From NCBI GenBank assembly GCA_945877765.1, contig CAMDWQ010000001.1:86253-150252 (forward strand): 64,000 nt of DNA, in the 5' to 3' direction. The translations under genes and the position numbers were made by a program. A model generated the notes under the pieces. It was not told the origin of the DNA, searched no databases, and saw nothing but the letters and a program-made list of their open reading frames with translations. Each line of letters begins with the position of its first letter. Position 1 is the stretch's first letter. The DNA comes from Candidatus Omnitrophota bacterium. Its GTDB lineage: Bacteria > Omnitrophota > Gorgyraeia > 2-02-FULL-51-18. This document shows positions 20,055 through 30,140 of the stretch, piece by piece.

Positions 20055-21081
20055 TTTCTGCGAAGCGCTCAACGAAGCGATGTTTCAGGAGATGGAGCGG
20101 GATCCGTCGGTTTTTGTGTATGGCATCGGTGTGCCCGATCATAAGAAAATTTTTGGTTCCACCGCGCGGTTGTCCGAGCGCTTTGGGGAACAGCGCTGTT
20201 TTGACACGCCTCTTTGCGAAGAAGCGATGACGGGGTTTGGTTTGGGCGCCGCGATCAACGGCCTTCGGCCCATTCATATCCATATCCGGATGGATTTTCT
20301 TCTGCTGGCCATGAACCAGCTGGTCAACATGGTTTCCAATTTTGTTTATTCCACCAATGGGACGCTAAAAGCGCCGCTGGTGATTCGCGTGGTGGTGGGC
20401 AGAGGCTGGGGCCAGGGCTATCAGCACAGTAAATCACTCCATTCTTATTTTGCGCATATTCCCGGCTTGAAAGTCGTGGTTCCGACGACGCCCAAAGATG
20501 CCAAAGGTCTTCTGGCATCCGCCATCCGTGACAACAATCCGGTCGTTTTTATCGAGCACCGCTGGCTTTATTGGGCGGTCGGTGAAGTGCCGGAAGAGCC
20601 TTTTACGATTCCTATCGGCGAAGCGAATATTATAAAAGAAGGCAGCGATCTGACGGTGGTTGCCGTTTCATGGATGAATATTGAAGCGCTGAAAGCGGCC
20701 GAAATTCTCGCCAAACGAGGCGTTCACATTGAGGTCATCGATCCCAGAACACTTTCTCCTTTAGACGATACGCTGATTATCCAATCGGTGAAAAAAACGG
20801 GCCATTGTTTGGTGGCTGACAATGATTGGGTGGATTGCGGTTTTGGCGCGGAAGTGGCGGCACGTGTTTCTGAAAAATGTTTTGGTCATTTGAAATCACC
20901 CGTCAAACGGATTGGGTTCGCGTTTACCCCTTGCCCGACGGTGAGAGTTTTGGAAAATGAGTTTTATCCTAATGCGGTGACGATTATCCGGTCGATTGAA
21001 AAGACGCTGGGGCTTTCTCCGACGGATATTTCCGACGAAGATTTTTACAGCCATGAAAATCGTTTTCAGGGGCCTTTCTAA
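20041..21081 (+). CDS. ThDP-dependent dehydrogenase E1 beta-like subunit
   Basis: DTPLCEE, GLRP, QHS, PGLKVV, IDPRTLSPLD. ATG at 20041. Confidence 0.9.
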   Translation: MRQISFCEALNEAMFQEMERDPSVFVYGIGVPDHKKIFGSTARLSERFGEQRCFDTPLCEEAMTGFGLGAAINGLRPIHIHIRMDFLLLAMNQLVNMVSNFVYSTNGTLKAPLVIRVVVGRGWGQGYQHSKSLHSYFAHIPGLKVVVPTTPKDAKGLLASAIRDNNPVVFIEHRWLYWAVGEVPEEPFTIPIGEANIIKEGSDLTVVAVSWMNIEALKAAEILAKRGVHIEVIDPRTLSPLDDTLIIQSVKKTGHCLVADNDWVDCGFGAEVAARVSEKCFGHLKSPVKRIGFAFTPCPTVRVLENEFYPNAVTIIRSIEKTLGLSPTDISDEDFYSHENRFQGPF

Positions 21082-21740
21082 TGACGTTCACGCTGTTTAT
21101 TCTCATGCGCAACGAGATTGAAGCGCTCCGCGTGATTTTGCCGAGGATCAAAAAAGAATGGGTGGATGAAATTCTTTTGCTGGATGGCGGTTCGACCGAC
21201 GGCAGCATCGAATACGCCGAATCCGTGGGCTTTAAAGTGACGCGGCAAAAAAGCAAAGGCCTGCTGGAGGGCACCAAGGAAGGCCATCGGATGGTCCGCA
21301 CCGATTATGTGATCCAATTTACACCCGACAACAACATGATCCCTGAAAAAATCCCCGAATTAACGGCAAAGGTGAGGGAAGGGTATGACATGGTGATCGT
21401 TTCGCGCTATTTAAAAGGCGCTAAGAGTCATGATGATAATGTGATTACCGGTTTTGGCAATTGGATGTTCACGACCATGGTCAATGTGCTTTTTGGCGCG
21501 CATTACACGGATGTGCTGGGTTTTTACAGAGCTTTCCGCACCAACCTTTTTGAAGAACTTGGATTTGAAATCAAACTTTCCGTGGATACGCAACTTTGTA
21601 TCCGCTGTACGAAAAAGAAATTGAGAGTGGCTGAAATTCCAGGCGACGAACCCAAAAGAATCGGCGGCGCGTCCAGCCGCAGTATTTTAAAAAACGGTTG
21701 GATTGAGTTGACAACGATCTTGGGAGAATTTTTCGGATGA
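21081..21740 (+). CDS. Glycosyltransferase family 2 (DPM1-like)
   Basis: NE, LLDGGSTDGS, VSRY, YTDVLGFYRA. Confidence 0.85.
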   Translation: MTFTLFILMRNEIEALRVILPRIKKEWVDEILLLDGGSTDGSIEYAESVGFKVTRQKSKGLLEGTKEGHRMVRTDYVIQFTPDNNMIPEKIPELTAKVREGYDMVIVSRYLKGAKSHDDNVITGFGNWMFTTMVNVLFGAHYTDVLGFYRAFRTNLFEELGFEIKLSVDTQLCIRCTKKKLRVAEIPGDEPKRIGGASSRSILKNGWIELTTILGEFFG

Positions 21741-22945
21741 AGAAACTTTCGGACGCCGCGCATCATATTCACGGGCAACCGATGTTCCAGCTTCTTGAAA
21801 AAGCGGAAGCGTTGGAGAAGCAAGGGCGTCGTATCTTGCATTTTGAGATCGGCACTCCCGGTTTTGAAAGTCCCGCTAATGTGGTGGGTGCCGCGATGGA
21901 GGCGCTTCGAGCAGGCAAGACGCGTTATGTCAGCTCCTGGGGTATTGAAGAATTGCGGCAGGCTATTTGCAGGGATGCCGCTGCGGACTTGGGGTTCCAG
22001 CCGACGGACCGCCAAGTCCTGATTTTGCCCGCCAACGCCGGCATTTATTTTTTAATGCGCTGTGTGGTGAATCCCGGCGAAGAGATTCTCGTGCCGGATC
22101 CGGCGTTTTCCAGTTACTACTCGGCGATAGAATTTATGGGCGCCAAGGCGGTCCGTATGCCCTTAAAGGATGAGAACGCGTTTCAGATTGATCTGGAGGA
22201 TCTGGCCAAAAAAGTAAGCGACCAAACCCGCCTTCTGATCGTCAATTCGCCGCACAATCCGACGGGTTCGGTCTTGCAGCCGGAAAATATGCAAAAACTC
22301 GGGGCTTTCGCCAAAAAAAATGACCTCTATATTTTGAGTGATGAAGTTTACCGGAAAGTCCATTATGGCGAGAAAGCGATTGATTCTCCCTCGAGTATCG
22401 ATCATTGCAAGGAGCGGACAATCGTGCTGAATAGTTTTTCAAAATCTCACGCCATGTCGGGCTGGAGGCTTGGTTATGTGATCGGTCCGGAACCAGTGAT
22501 TGAAAAAATGGCGTTGCTGCTTCAGACGATACTTTCCTGTGTACCGCCGTTTATCCAATACGCAGGTATTGCCGCGTTGCGGCCCGAAACCGATGTTTCG
22601 GTCAAAACCATGGTAGCGGAACTAAAAAAAAGAAGAGATGTGATTGTGCGCGGACTCAACTCGATTCCCGGCATTACTTGCCGCGTTCCGGAAGGCGCTT
22701 TTTATGTTTTCCCGGATATTCGCGGCACAGGCCTTGACGCGGGACAATTTGCTTCGCTGATTCTGGAAAAAGCGGGGGTCGCTCTTTTGCCAGGGACGGA
22801 TTTTGGAAAATACGGAGAGGATCATGTGCGCCTCTGCTATTCCACGACAGAGATTTCGGTGATCGAAGAAGCGATTGAAAAAATGAAAGCCGCACTCCAG
22901 CAAGCGGAAAAGCCTCTTTTAAATAGGCAGGAACGGCGGTCTTGA
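21737..22945 (+). CDS. PLP-dependent class I/II aminotransferase
   Basis: NSPHNPTG, SDEVY, SFSKSHAMSGWRLGY. Confidence 0.92.
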   Translation: MKKLSDAAHHIHGQPMFQLLEKAEALEKQGRRILHFEIGTPGFESPANVVGAAMEALRAGKTRYVSSWGIEELRQAICRDAAADLGFQPTDRQVLILPANAGIYFLMRCVVNPGEEILVPDPAFSSYYSAIEFMGAKAVRMPLKDENAFQIDLEDLAKKVSDQTRLLIVNSPHNPTGSVLQPENMQKLGAFAKKNDLYILSDEVYRKVHYGEKAIDSPSSIDHCKERTIVLNSFSKSHAMSGWRLGYVIGPEPVIEKMALLLQTILSCVPPFIQYAGIAALRPETDVSVKTMVAELKKRRDVIVRGLNSIPGITCRVPEGAFYVFPDIRGTGLDAGQFASLILEKAGVALLPGTDFGKYGEDHVRLCYSTTEISVIEEAIEKMKAALQQAEKPLLNRQERRS

Positions 22946-24666
22946 GAGTCGCCGACTACATCGCCAAATTTCTTGTCCGGGAGGGAGTGCGCGATATTTT
23001 CGTTCTGACAGGTTACGGAGCGATGTATTTGAATGATGCGATTACGCTGCAGCCCGAGCTTAAATATTATTGCGCGCGCAACGAAGCCGCGGCGCCGATG
23101 ATGGCCGAAGCTTACGCGCGCGTGAAAAAAAGTTTGGGTGCTGTCTGTTTGACCAGCGGTCCCGGGAGCACGAATGCCATTCCGGGTTTGGCGGAAGCTT
23201 GGGTGGATTCGGCCCCGATTCTTATTTTCTCCGGCCAAGTTCAACGCAGCCACACGACGTATGCCGCAGGGCTTCCGGGCCTGCGAACTTTTGGCACCGC
23301 CGAAATCAATATTGTTCCGATCGTGCGGACACTCACCAAATATGCGGAAATGGTCATGGAAGCCGAATCGATCCGCTATCATTTAGAAAAAGCAGTTTAT
23401 TTAGCGACCCACGGCCGGCCGGGACCGGTGTGGTTGGATATCCCGATGGATATTCAAAGCGCTGAAATTGATGAAAATAATCTTCGGCCTTTTATCGCGC
23501 CTGAGGAATCTTTTTCTGCCTCGGATCTGGAAGCTGGTGTAGAAAAAACAGCCAAGCTTTTACTGTCTTCGAAAAGGCCGCTGCTTCTGGGCGGCCATGG
23601 AATACGGCTGGGAAGCGCTATCGAAGAATTCCGCGCTTTATCCGAAAAACTTCAAATCCCTTTTATTCTTTCGCGTTTCGCTCAAGATATTATTCCTTAT
23701 TCGCATCCGCTCAACATGGGCCAGGCCGGCATCAAAGGCGTGCGTTATTGCGGAGCCGTGATGAAATCCGCGGACGTCGTGCTTTCGCTGGGCTGCCGCA
23801 TGGCGGTCCAATTGGCGGGTCATCGTTTTGATGCGTTTGCACCGGATGCCAAAATTGTCATGGTGGATATCGAAGAGGATGAATTAAAAAAACCCGGTGT
23901 CCCGCTGCATCTGGCGGTGCACGCCGATGTGAAAAAGTTCCTGCATAAATTATTAAAATATCTTCCATCGGCATCGTCTGCCGTCGGAGAAAAAAAATGG
24001 CTGGAGGATTGCGCCCAGCTAAAAAAGGATCATCCGATGGTCACGGCTGATTTTAAGAGAAACCCGATAGATCTCTATTATTTCATGTCGAGGCTGGACG
24101 CGCTTTCCGGATCCGAGCATCTGTTTACGACCGATGCCGGGTCCAACTATTACGCGGGAGGGCAGGTGTATCATTTTGAAAAAGGTCAGCGTGAGATTAC
24201 TTCCGGCACTTTCGCGGCGATGGGGCTGAGCATCCCCTTGGCGATAGGAGCGGCGATCGCGGCGAAGGACTCGCAGATTCTCGCGGTCACCGGCGACGGA
24301 TCTCTGGAGCTTAATATTCAGGAACTCAAAACCATTTCCTATTACAAGCTGAACATAAAACTTTTTGTCATCAACAACGGCGGTTATCTTTCGATGAGAA
24401 ATTGGCAGGACGGTTTTTTTGAGGGCCGCCGTATCGGGTCGGATGATGAAACGGGCGCTGAATCACTGAATTTGAAAAAAGTAGCGGAAGCTTTTGACTT
24501 AAAATATGAATGCATCGCGCGCTGCGAAGCGATTGATGACCAATTAAAAAAAATCATGAAAGAAAAAGGGCCCTTGTTTGTGGAAGTCATCTGCGACAAT
24601 CGCCAAAAGATCATCGAGCCGATCAAGGATTTTTCATCGCAGAAAGCGTCTTCGGCATGCAAATAA
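22942..24666 (+). CDS. ThDP-binding acetolactate-synthase-like carboligase (YerE-like candidate)
   Basis: NEAAA, TSGPGSTN, GRPGPVWLDIP, AMGLSIP, GDGS...N.QEL, NNGGY. Confidence 0.88.
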   Translation: MRVADYIAKFLVREGVRDIFVLTGYGAMYLNDAITLQPELKYYCARNEAAAPMMAEAYARVKKSLGAVCLTSGPGSTNAIPGLAEAWVDSAPILIFSGQVQRSHTTYAAGLPGLRTFGTAEINIVPIVRTLTKYAEMVMEAESIRYHLEKAVYLATHGRPGPVWLDIPMDIQSAEIDENNLRPFIAPEESFSASDLEAGVEKTAKLLLSSKRPLLLGGHGIRLGSAIEEFRALSEKLQIPFILSRFAQDIIPYSHPLNMGQAGIKGVRYCGAVMKSADVVLSLGCRMAVQLAGHRFDAFAPDAKIVMVDIEEDELKKPGVPLHLAVHADVKKFLHKLLKYLPSASSAVGEKKWLEDCAQLKKDHPMVTADFKRNPIDLYYFMSRLDALSGSEHLFTTDAGSNYYAGGQVYHFEKGQREITSGTFAAMGLSIPLAIGAAIAAKDSQILAVTGDGSLELNIQELKTISYYKLNIKLFVINNGGYLSMRNWQDGFFEGRRIGSDDETGAESLNLKKVAEAFDLKYECIARCEAIDDQLKKIMKEKGPLFVEVICDNRQKIIEPIKDFSSQKASSACK

Positions 24667-25487
24667 AGCAGCTTCAACAAAAAGCGGCCTGGGTGAGAAG
24701 ACAGGTGCTGGAAGCCATCGCGGCCAAAGGAAAAGGGCATATTGGGGGGACTTATTCTTGCACGGATGTTCTGGTAGCGCTTTATTATGCCGGAATTCTG
24801 CGGATCGATCTGAAAAATCCGCGTCAGCCGGACCGCGACCGTTTTATTTTAAGCAAAGGCCACGCCTGCCTGGCGCTTTATTCTATTTATCTGGATCAGG
24901 GAATTTTCACTCCTGAAAAATTTGCGGAATATGGAGTCGACGGGGGAAGTTTGGGGGGACAGCTGGACATCCACATTCCCGGCGCTGAATACAATACCGG
25001 CTCGCTCGGCCACGCGCTTGGCATCGGCTGCGGAATGGCGCTGGCGGCCAAAATGGATGAGAAAAAATATAAAACCTATATTTTGATGGGAGACGCCGAA
25101 TGCCTGGAATGGTCCGTATGGGAATCGGTGATGTTTGCCTCTGAACATGGGCTGAATAATTTGATAGGAATTGTGGATCGCAATCGTCTTTCGGTCACGG
25201 ATGTCCTGGACGACGAACATGTGTTTAGAAATTTTAAAGAGAAGCTTCAAATGTTTGGCTGGAACGCGCAAGTGATCAACGGGCACTCTTTCGAAGAAAT
25301 TTTAAGTGCCTTTGAAGCGGCTAAAAATTCCGACAAACCTTTCATGCTATTGGCCAATACGATTAAAGGAAAAGGCATCTCTTTCATGGAAAACGGGATC
25401 AAGTGGCATCATTCGGTGCCAACACCGGCGGAGCTAGACAAGGCCCGCGCAGAGCTCAAAAAAAATGAAGACGCGCTGTCATGCTAA
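24657..25487 (+). CDS. Split transketolase-like protein, N-terminal subunit
   Basis: GHIGG, DRFILSKGH, TGSLGHAL, GDAE, TIKGKG, WHH. Confidence 0.9.
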   Translation: MQIKQLQQKAAWVRRQVLEAIAAKGKGHIGGTYSCTDVLVALYYAGILRIDLKNPRQPDRDRFILSKGHACLALYSIYLDQGIFTPEKFAEYGVDGGSLGGQLDIHIPGAEYNTGSLGHALGIGCGMALAAKMDEKKYKTYILMGDAECLEWSVWESVMFASEHGLNNLIGIVDRNRLSVTDVLDDEHVFRNFKEKLQMFGWNAQVINGHSFEEILSAFEAAKNSDKPFMLLANTIKGKGISFMENGIKWHHSVPTPAELDKARAELKKNEDALSC

Positions 25488-26422
25488 AACTCGCCGAACT
25501 TGATATCCGGGACGCGTTTTTTGATGAGATCTATAGAATCGCCGCCGCGGACAAAAATGTCGTGTTTTTGACCGGCGATATGGACGCCTTTTCACTCCGC
25601 AAATTTAAACAGGATTTTCCTTCACGTTTTATCAATACCGGAGTCGCCGAACAGAATATGATCTGTGTGGCGTCCGGCCTTGCCGCCTGCGGGAAAAAAG
25701 TTTTTGTGTATGGGATCAACACCTTTGTGTCGATGCGGTGTTTTGAGCAGATCAAGATCAATATTTGCAGCATGAATCTTCCGGTGGTGATCATCGGCGC
25801 GGGGGCAGGGTTCTCTTTTGGGTTTGACGGCCCGACGCATCATGGCACGCAGGACGTGGCGGTGATGCGCGCCTTGCCGGAAATGGAAATTTGGAACCTG
25901 GCGGATGCCGGAATTGCCGCCGCTTGCGCGAAATTAGCCGCCAAAACAACTCATCCCATGTATATTCGCCTCGACAAGGGAAAATTTCCTGATTTTTATC
26001 AACCAGAAGAAAATATATCTGCCGGTTTTAAGCTATTAAAACCTCTTCAAAAAATAAATCTTGTCAGCACCGGTTTTATGACCCAGCAGGCGATGCAAAC
26101 CGCCCAAGCATTGGAACTTCAGTCGGTCTCCGTCGGGGTCGTCGATGTTTCACGACTCAAACCTTTAAATCAAGATTTAATCAAACAACTGATTGCTTCA
26201 TCCCATAAGATCTTCACGCTGGAAGAACATTGCCTGACGGGCGGCCTGGGATCTATTTTAAATGACGCGCTGGCTTCCCACAAAAACTCTATCACGCTTG
26301 AGCGGCTGGCGATCCCAGACCTTCAGTTTTTAGCTTACGGCAGCCGCGAATGGTTTCATCAAAGCAACGGGTTGGATGTTCAAAGCATCACCAACCGTAT
26401 CCAAAAATTGATTTCACGATGA
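25481..26422 (+). CDS. Split transketolase-like protein, C-terminal subunit
   Basis: GVAEQNM, DGPTHH, YIRLDK, EEH...GGLGS. Confidence 0.9.
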   Translation: MLKLAELDIRDAFFDEIYRIAAADKNVVFLTGDMDAFSLRKFKQDFPSRFINTGVAEQNMICVASGLAACGKKVFVYGINTFVSMRCFEQIKINICSMNLPVVIIGAGAGFSFGFDGPTHHGTQDVAVMRALPEMEIWNLADAGIAAACAKLAAKTTHPMYIRLDKGKFPDFYQPEENISAGFKLLKPLQKINLVSTGFMTQQAMQTAQALELQSVSVGVVDVSRLKPLNQDLIKQLIASSHKIFTLEEHCLTGGLGSILNDALASHKNSITLERLAIPDLQFLAYGSREWFHQSNGLDVQSITNRIQKLISR

Positions 26423-27354
26423 ACAACGAGATCCAGTGCCTGGGTTTATCGGAATTTGCCTCTCTTTTTGGATGCAAGGCGGAGGAGATTCCTCAAGATT
26501 GCGCGCAGCTTATCGCCGAAAATGATTTTCGCTATCGTGTGGCAGAAGGGAAGGAATATGAGGAAATTCTTCAAGGAGTTCTCCATAAAATTGATTCCGG
26601 CGGATTTTCAATTGCCGGGGAAGAACGCCTTCCCAATTGGGAAAAGGGATGGGGCGAAAATCTGGAAGCTTTTTTAAAAACTAAAAATATTCTGGAGCTC
26701 GTCCCAAAATATTTCAGGCCCGGCCTGCCGCTGAGGCTTTTTCAGCAGTACATTTTGCCGCTGGATCCTAATTTTGAGATCAACTGGTATTCTGTTTTCA
26801 GGCTGTGGCTTTTTAAAACTTACTTCAAGAGTAGCGGCGCTATTTATGAATTCGGCTGCGGCTCCGGTTTCAACCTTCCGGTGTTAAGCAGCCTTTATCC
26901 GGACAGGAAAGTATTTGGTTTGGACTGGTCCCAAGCATCGGTGGATATCGTCAACCAAATGGCCAAAGCCTGCCGCTGGAATATGGAAGGCCGGCGTTTT
27001 GATTTTTTTAAACCCGATAAAAGTTTTATTCTCGAGCCGTCGAGCATTGTCACCACGATCGGAGCTTTAGAACAAACCGGCCAAAAATACATGGATTTTT
27101 TGGATTATCTAGTGGATTCCAAGCCGGCGCTGGTGGTGCATGCCGAACCTACGGTCGAGTGGTATGATAAAAACAATCCCGTGGATGAGGCGGCGATACG
27201 ATTTCACAAAACACGGCGCTACTGGGAAGGATTTATCGACAAACTTCGCCAACTGGAAAAACAGGGCCGTGTGCAGGTCATAAAAACCAAAAGATCGTAT
27301 TTTGGAAGCCTGTACGTGGAAGGTTATTCTCAAACGATTTGGAAATCCGTTTAA
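26419..27354 (+). CDS. Class I SAM-dependent methyltransferase
   Basis: YEFGCGSG, GLDWS, FDFF, ALEQ. ATG 26419 overlaps the upstream stop. Confidence 0.8.
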   Translation: MNNEIQCLGLSEFASLFGCKAEEIPQDCAQLIAENDFRYRVAEGKEYEEILQGVLHKIDSGGFSIAGEERLPNWEKGWGENLEAFLKTKNILELVPKYFRPGLPLRLFQQYILPLDPNFEINWYSVFRLWLFKTYFKSSGAIYEFGCGSGFNLPVLSSLYPDRKVFGLDWSQASVDIVNQMAKACRWNMEGRRFDFFKPDKSFILEPSSIVTTIGALEQTGQKYMDFLDYLVDSKPALVVHAEPTVEWYDKNNPVDEAAIRFHKTRRYWEGFIDKLRQLEKQGRVQVIKTKRSYFGSLYVEGYSQTIWKSV

Positions 27355-27371
27355 AAAAAAGGGCCCCGACG

Positions 27372-28154
27372 ATGGATCTTGGGATCAAAGGAAAATACGC
27401 GCTGGTGACGGGGGGAAGTCACGGCATCGGCTTGGCGGCCGCACGGGCGCTTGCGTCCGAAGGTTGCCATGTGGCAATTTGCTCTCGGGACCCCAAGCGC
27501 CTTTCCACGGCTTTAAAAATTTTAAAAAAAGAGGGCGTGAAGGTTTTGGCGGTCCAGGCGGATGTGTTGGTGGCCGAAGATATTATCAACGCCACCAAAT
27601 TCATCGATAAATCTTGGAAGAAAATCGATATCCTGATTAATAACGTGGGTGGGGGCGGCCGCTGGGGCAGCGAGTCGATGGAAGAAACCTCTGAAAAGGT
27701 GTGGAGCGATGTGTTTGATAAAAACGCGACTGCTGCGGTGCGTTTTACGCGCTGGGCGATTCCACATATGCGGCGGCAGAAATGGGGCCGTATTGTCACG
27801 GTTGCTTCGGTTCACGGGAAAGAAGGCGGCGGCCGTCCGTGGTTTAACATGGCGAAGGCGGCGCAAATCAGCCTGATGAAATGCCTGTCTCTGAAGACGG
27901 ACCTGGTGCGGGATGGGATCACATTTAACACGGTGGCACCCGGCGGTATTCTGATCCCGGACACCGGCTGGGATGAAGAAAGAAAAAAGAATCCGAAGTT
28001 ATTTAAAAAAAAGGTGCTGGAAAATTTTCCGCTCGGCCGGTTGGGCACGCCGGAGGAAGTGGCTGGGGTCCTTTTGTTTTTATGCTCAAAAAATGCAAGC
28101 CTTGTGAACGGGGCGTGCATCACGGTGGACGGCGGCGAAAGTAAAAGTTTCTAA
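27372..28154 (+). CDS. Classical SDR oxidoreductase
   Basis: TGGSHGIG, INNVGG, PLGRLG.PEE, VDGG. Confidence 0.88.
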   Translation: MDLGIKGKYALVTGGSHGIGLAAARALASEGCHVAICSRDPKRLSTALKILKKEGVKVLAVQADVLVAEDIINATKFIDKSWKKIDILINNVGGGGRWGSESMEETSEKVWSDVFDKNATAAVRFTRWAIPHMRRQKWGRIVTVASVHGKEGGGRPWFNMAKAAQISLMKCLSLKTDLVRDGITFNTVAPGGILIPDTGWDEERKKNPKLFKKKVLENFPLGRLGTPEEVAGVLLFLCSKNASLVNGACITVDGGESKSF

Positions 28155-28162
28155 AAAATCGA

Positions 28163-29161
28163 ATGATCCCTGAAAAAATCTTAAATTCTTTAAAAAATTC
28201 AAATGCGCTGGTGACGGGCGGCACGGGTTTAATCGGCCGGCAGGTCGTAGAACTCTTGGAAGAGGCCGGCGCGCATGTCCGCATTGTTTCTCTAGATCGC
28301 CTGAGGGTGAGCGGGAAAGCGGAACACGTTTATGGGGACCTGACGGATTTCTCTTTTTGCCGGGACACGGTCAAAGGAATGGATTATGTGTTTCATTTGG
28401 CCGGCATCAAGGGCTCGATTGAAGTGACCAAGGCCCGGCCGGCAAGTTTTTTTGTGCCGCTTTTGATGATGAATACGAATCTTCTGGAAGCCTGCCGCCT
28501 CCAAGGCGTCAAAAGGACGGTTTATACCAGTTCCATCGGCGCTTATCCCAGCGCTGAAATTTTTCGTGAAGACGATGACCACGCGGACGCGCCGCCGATG
28601 GATTTTTTCCCGGGGTGGGCCAAAAGAATGGCGGAGCTTCAGTTAAAATCCTATCAACTCGAATACGGCCATGAAAATTTCGCGGTGGTCCGGCCTTCCA
28701 ATGTTTACGGTCCCGGGGATAATTTTGATCCCGAAAACGCTATGGTGATTCCGTCTCTGATCGCGCGTGTTTTTCGCAAGGAAAATCCCGTCATGATTTG
28801 GGGGGACGGCTCGGCGGTGCGTGATTTTGTGTATAGCCGTGACGCGGCCGAGGGCGTCATTCTCGCCCTTATCCACGGCACCGCGCCGGGTTTTGTGAAT
28901 ATAGGCAGCGGCGAGGGAGTTAGCATCCGTGGGCTGGTTGAAACCCTGCGAACGGTCACCCCTTTTGAATACCAATTTGATATCGACAAATCTTCCGGTT
29001 TTCCACGGCGCGTCATGGATATCACGCGAGCCCGGCAGAAAATCGGTTACGCGCCCAGCGTCTCATTGGCGGAAGGGCTGAAGAAGACCTGCGATTGGTT
29101 TATGGCCCACAAAGATGAATATCTTTTAAGAAAAAATTATTTTGCCGATGCCGCTTCCTGA
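28163..29161 (+). CDS. NAD-dependent epimerase/reductase (GDP-fucose-synthase-like)
   Basis: TGGTGLIG, HLAG, RPSNVYGPGDNF, WGDGSAVRDF. Confidence 0.85.
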   Translation: MIPEKILNSLKNSNALVTGGTGLIGRQVVELLEEAGAHVRIVSLDRLRVSGKAEHVYGDLTDFSFCRDTVKGMDYVFHLAGIKGSIEVTKARPASFFVPLLMMNTNLLEACRLQGVKRTVYTSSIGAYPSAEIFREDDDHADAPPMDFFPGWAKRMAELQLKSYQLEYGHENFAVVRPSNVYGPGDNFDPENAMVIPSLIARVFRKENPVMIWGDGSAVRDFVYSRDAAEGVILALIHGTAPGFVNIGSGEGVSIRGLVETLRTVTPFEYQFDIDKSSGFPRRVMDITRARQKIGYAPSVSLAEGLKKTCDWFMAHKDEYLLRKNYFADAAS

Positions 29162-30140
29162 TTTAAAAAAATCAAAAATCGTTGTCGCCGGAGCCTCGGG
29201 GTTCATCGGCTCTAATTTGGTGCGGTATTTTTTGAATCAAAATTACTCGGTCCGGGGGATTTTACGTCAGCGGCCTCCCGTGGTTGTCGATGACCGTATC
29301 GAATATGTTCACGCGGATCTTGCGACCAAGGAGGGCTGCCGCCTGGCGGTTCGTGACGCGGACTATCTGTTTATGTGTGCGGCTCAGACGGCCGGCGCGG
29401 CGGTAATGGCCGCCGACCCGCTCTCGCAAGTGACCCCGAATGTGCTGATTAATACACAACTTTTACAAGCCGCCTATGAGGCGCGGATCAAAAAAACCGT
29501 TTTTATCTCCAGCAGCGCCGCCTATCCTCCCACAGGCATTACCCCGGTCAAGGAGGAGCAGATGTTCGACGGTGATCCGCATGAAGTTTATTTTAGCGTG
29601 GGCTGGATGAAGCGCTATGCCGAAATTCTCTGCAAGATTTACGCTCAAAAAGTTCCCAACCCCATGCCGGTCGCGGTGGTGCGGCCATCCAATATTTACG
29701 GGCCTTTCGATAAATTTGATTTTAAAACTTCCCATGTCACCGCCGCGCTCTTACGGCGCGTCGTCGAACGCCACCAACCCCTGGAAGTATGGGGAGACGG
29801 TTCGGATATCCGGGATTTGATTTTCGTGGATGATTTTATAGAAGGAATGATGAAAGTATTTCATGCGCCCGACCCTTACGTTGCGGTCAATCTAGCATCC
29901 GGTCAAGGCACCACTGTTCGGCAAATCCTTGAGACTTTGCTGGAGGTCGATGGTTATAAAGACGCGAATATTCGTTATCTTAAGGATAAACCCCGAACGA
30001 TTCCGGCACGTTTTGTCGATACAACATTAGCTGAAAAAAAATTTGGATTTAAACCGGCCCACTCTCTCAAAGAGGGCTTTAAAAAAACAATTTCCTGGTA
30101 TCGGATGAACCCATATGGAGGTGACCGTGTCCGCGCTTGA
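29148..30140 (+). CDS. NAD-dependent epimerase/reductase (GDP-fucose-synthase-like)
   Basis: GASGFIG, RPSNIYGPFD, SHV, WGDGSDIRD. Confidence 0.85.
   Translation: MPLPDLKKSKIVVAGASGFIGSNLVRYFLNQNYSVRGILRQRPPVVVDDRIEYVHADLATKEGCRLAVRDADYLFMCAAQTAGAAVMAADPLSQVTPNVLINTQLLQAAYEARIKKTVFISSSAAYPPTGITPVKEEQMFDGDPHEVYFSVGWMKRYAEILCKIYAQKVPNPMPVAVVRPSNIYGPFDKFDFKTSHVTAALLRRVVERHQPLEVWGDGSDIRDLIFVDDFIEGMMKVFHAPDPYVAVNLASGQGTTVRQILETLLEVDGYKDANIRYLKDKPRTIPARFVDTTLAEKKFGFKPAHSLKEGFKKTISWYRMNPYGGDRVRA

Noticed and set aside
19068-21081. Housekeeping pyruvate dehydrogenase
   Set aside because: No E2 or E3 genes are adjacent and the pair is embedded in a nucleotide-sugar operon.
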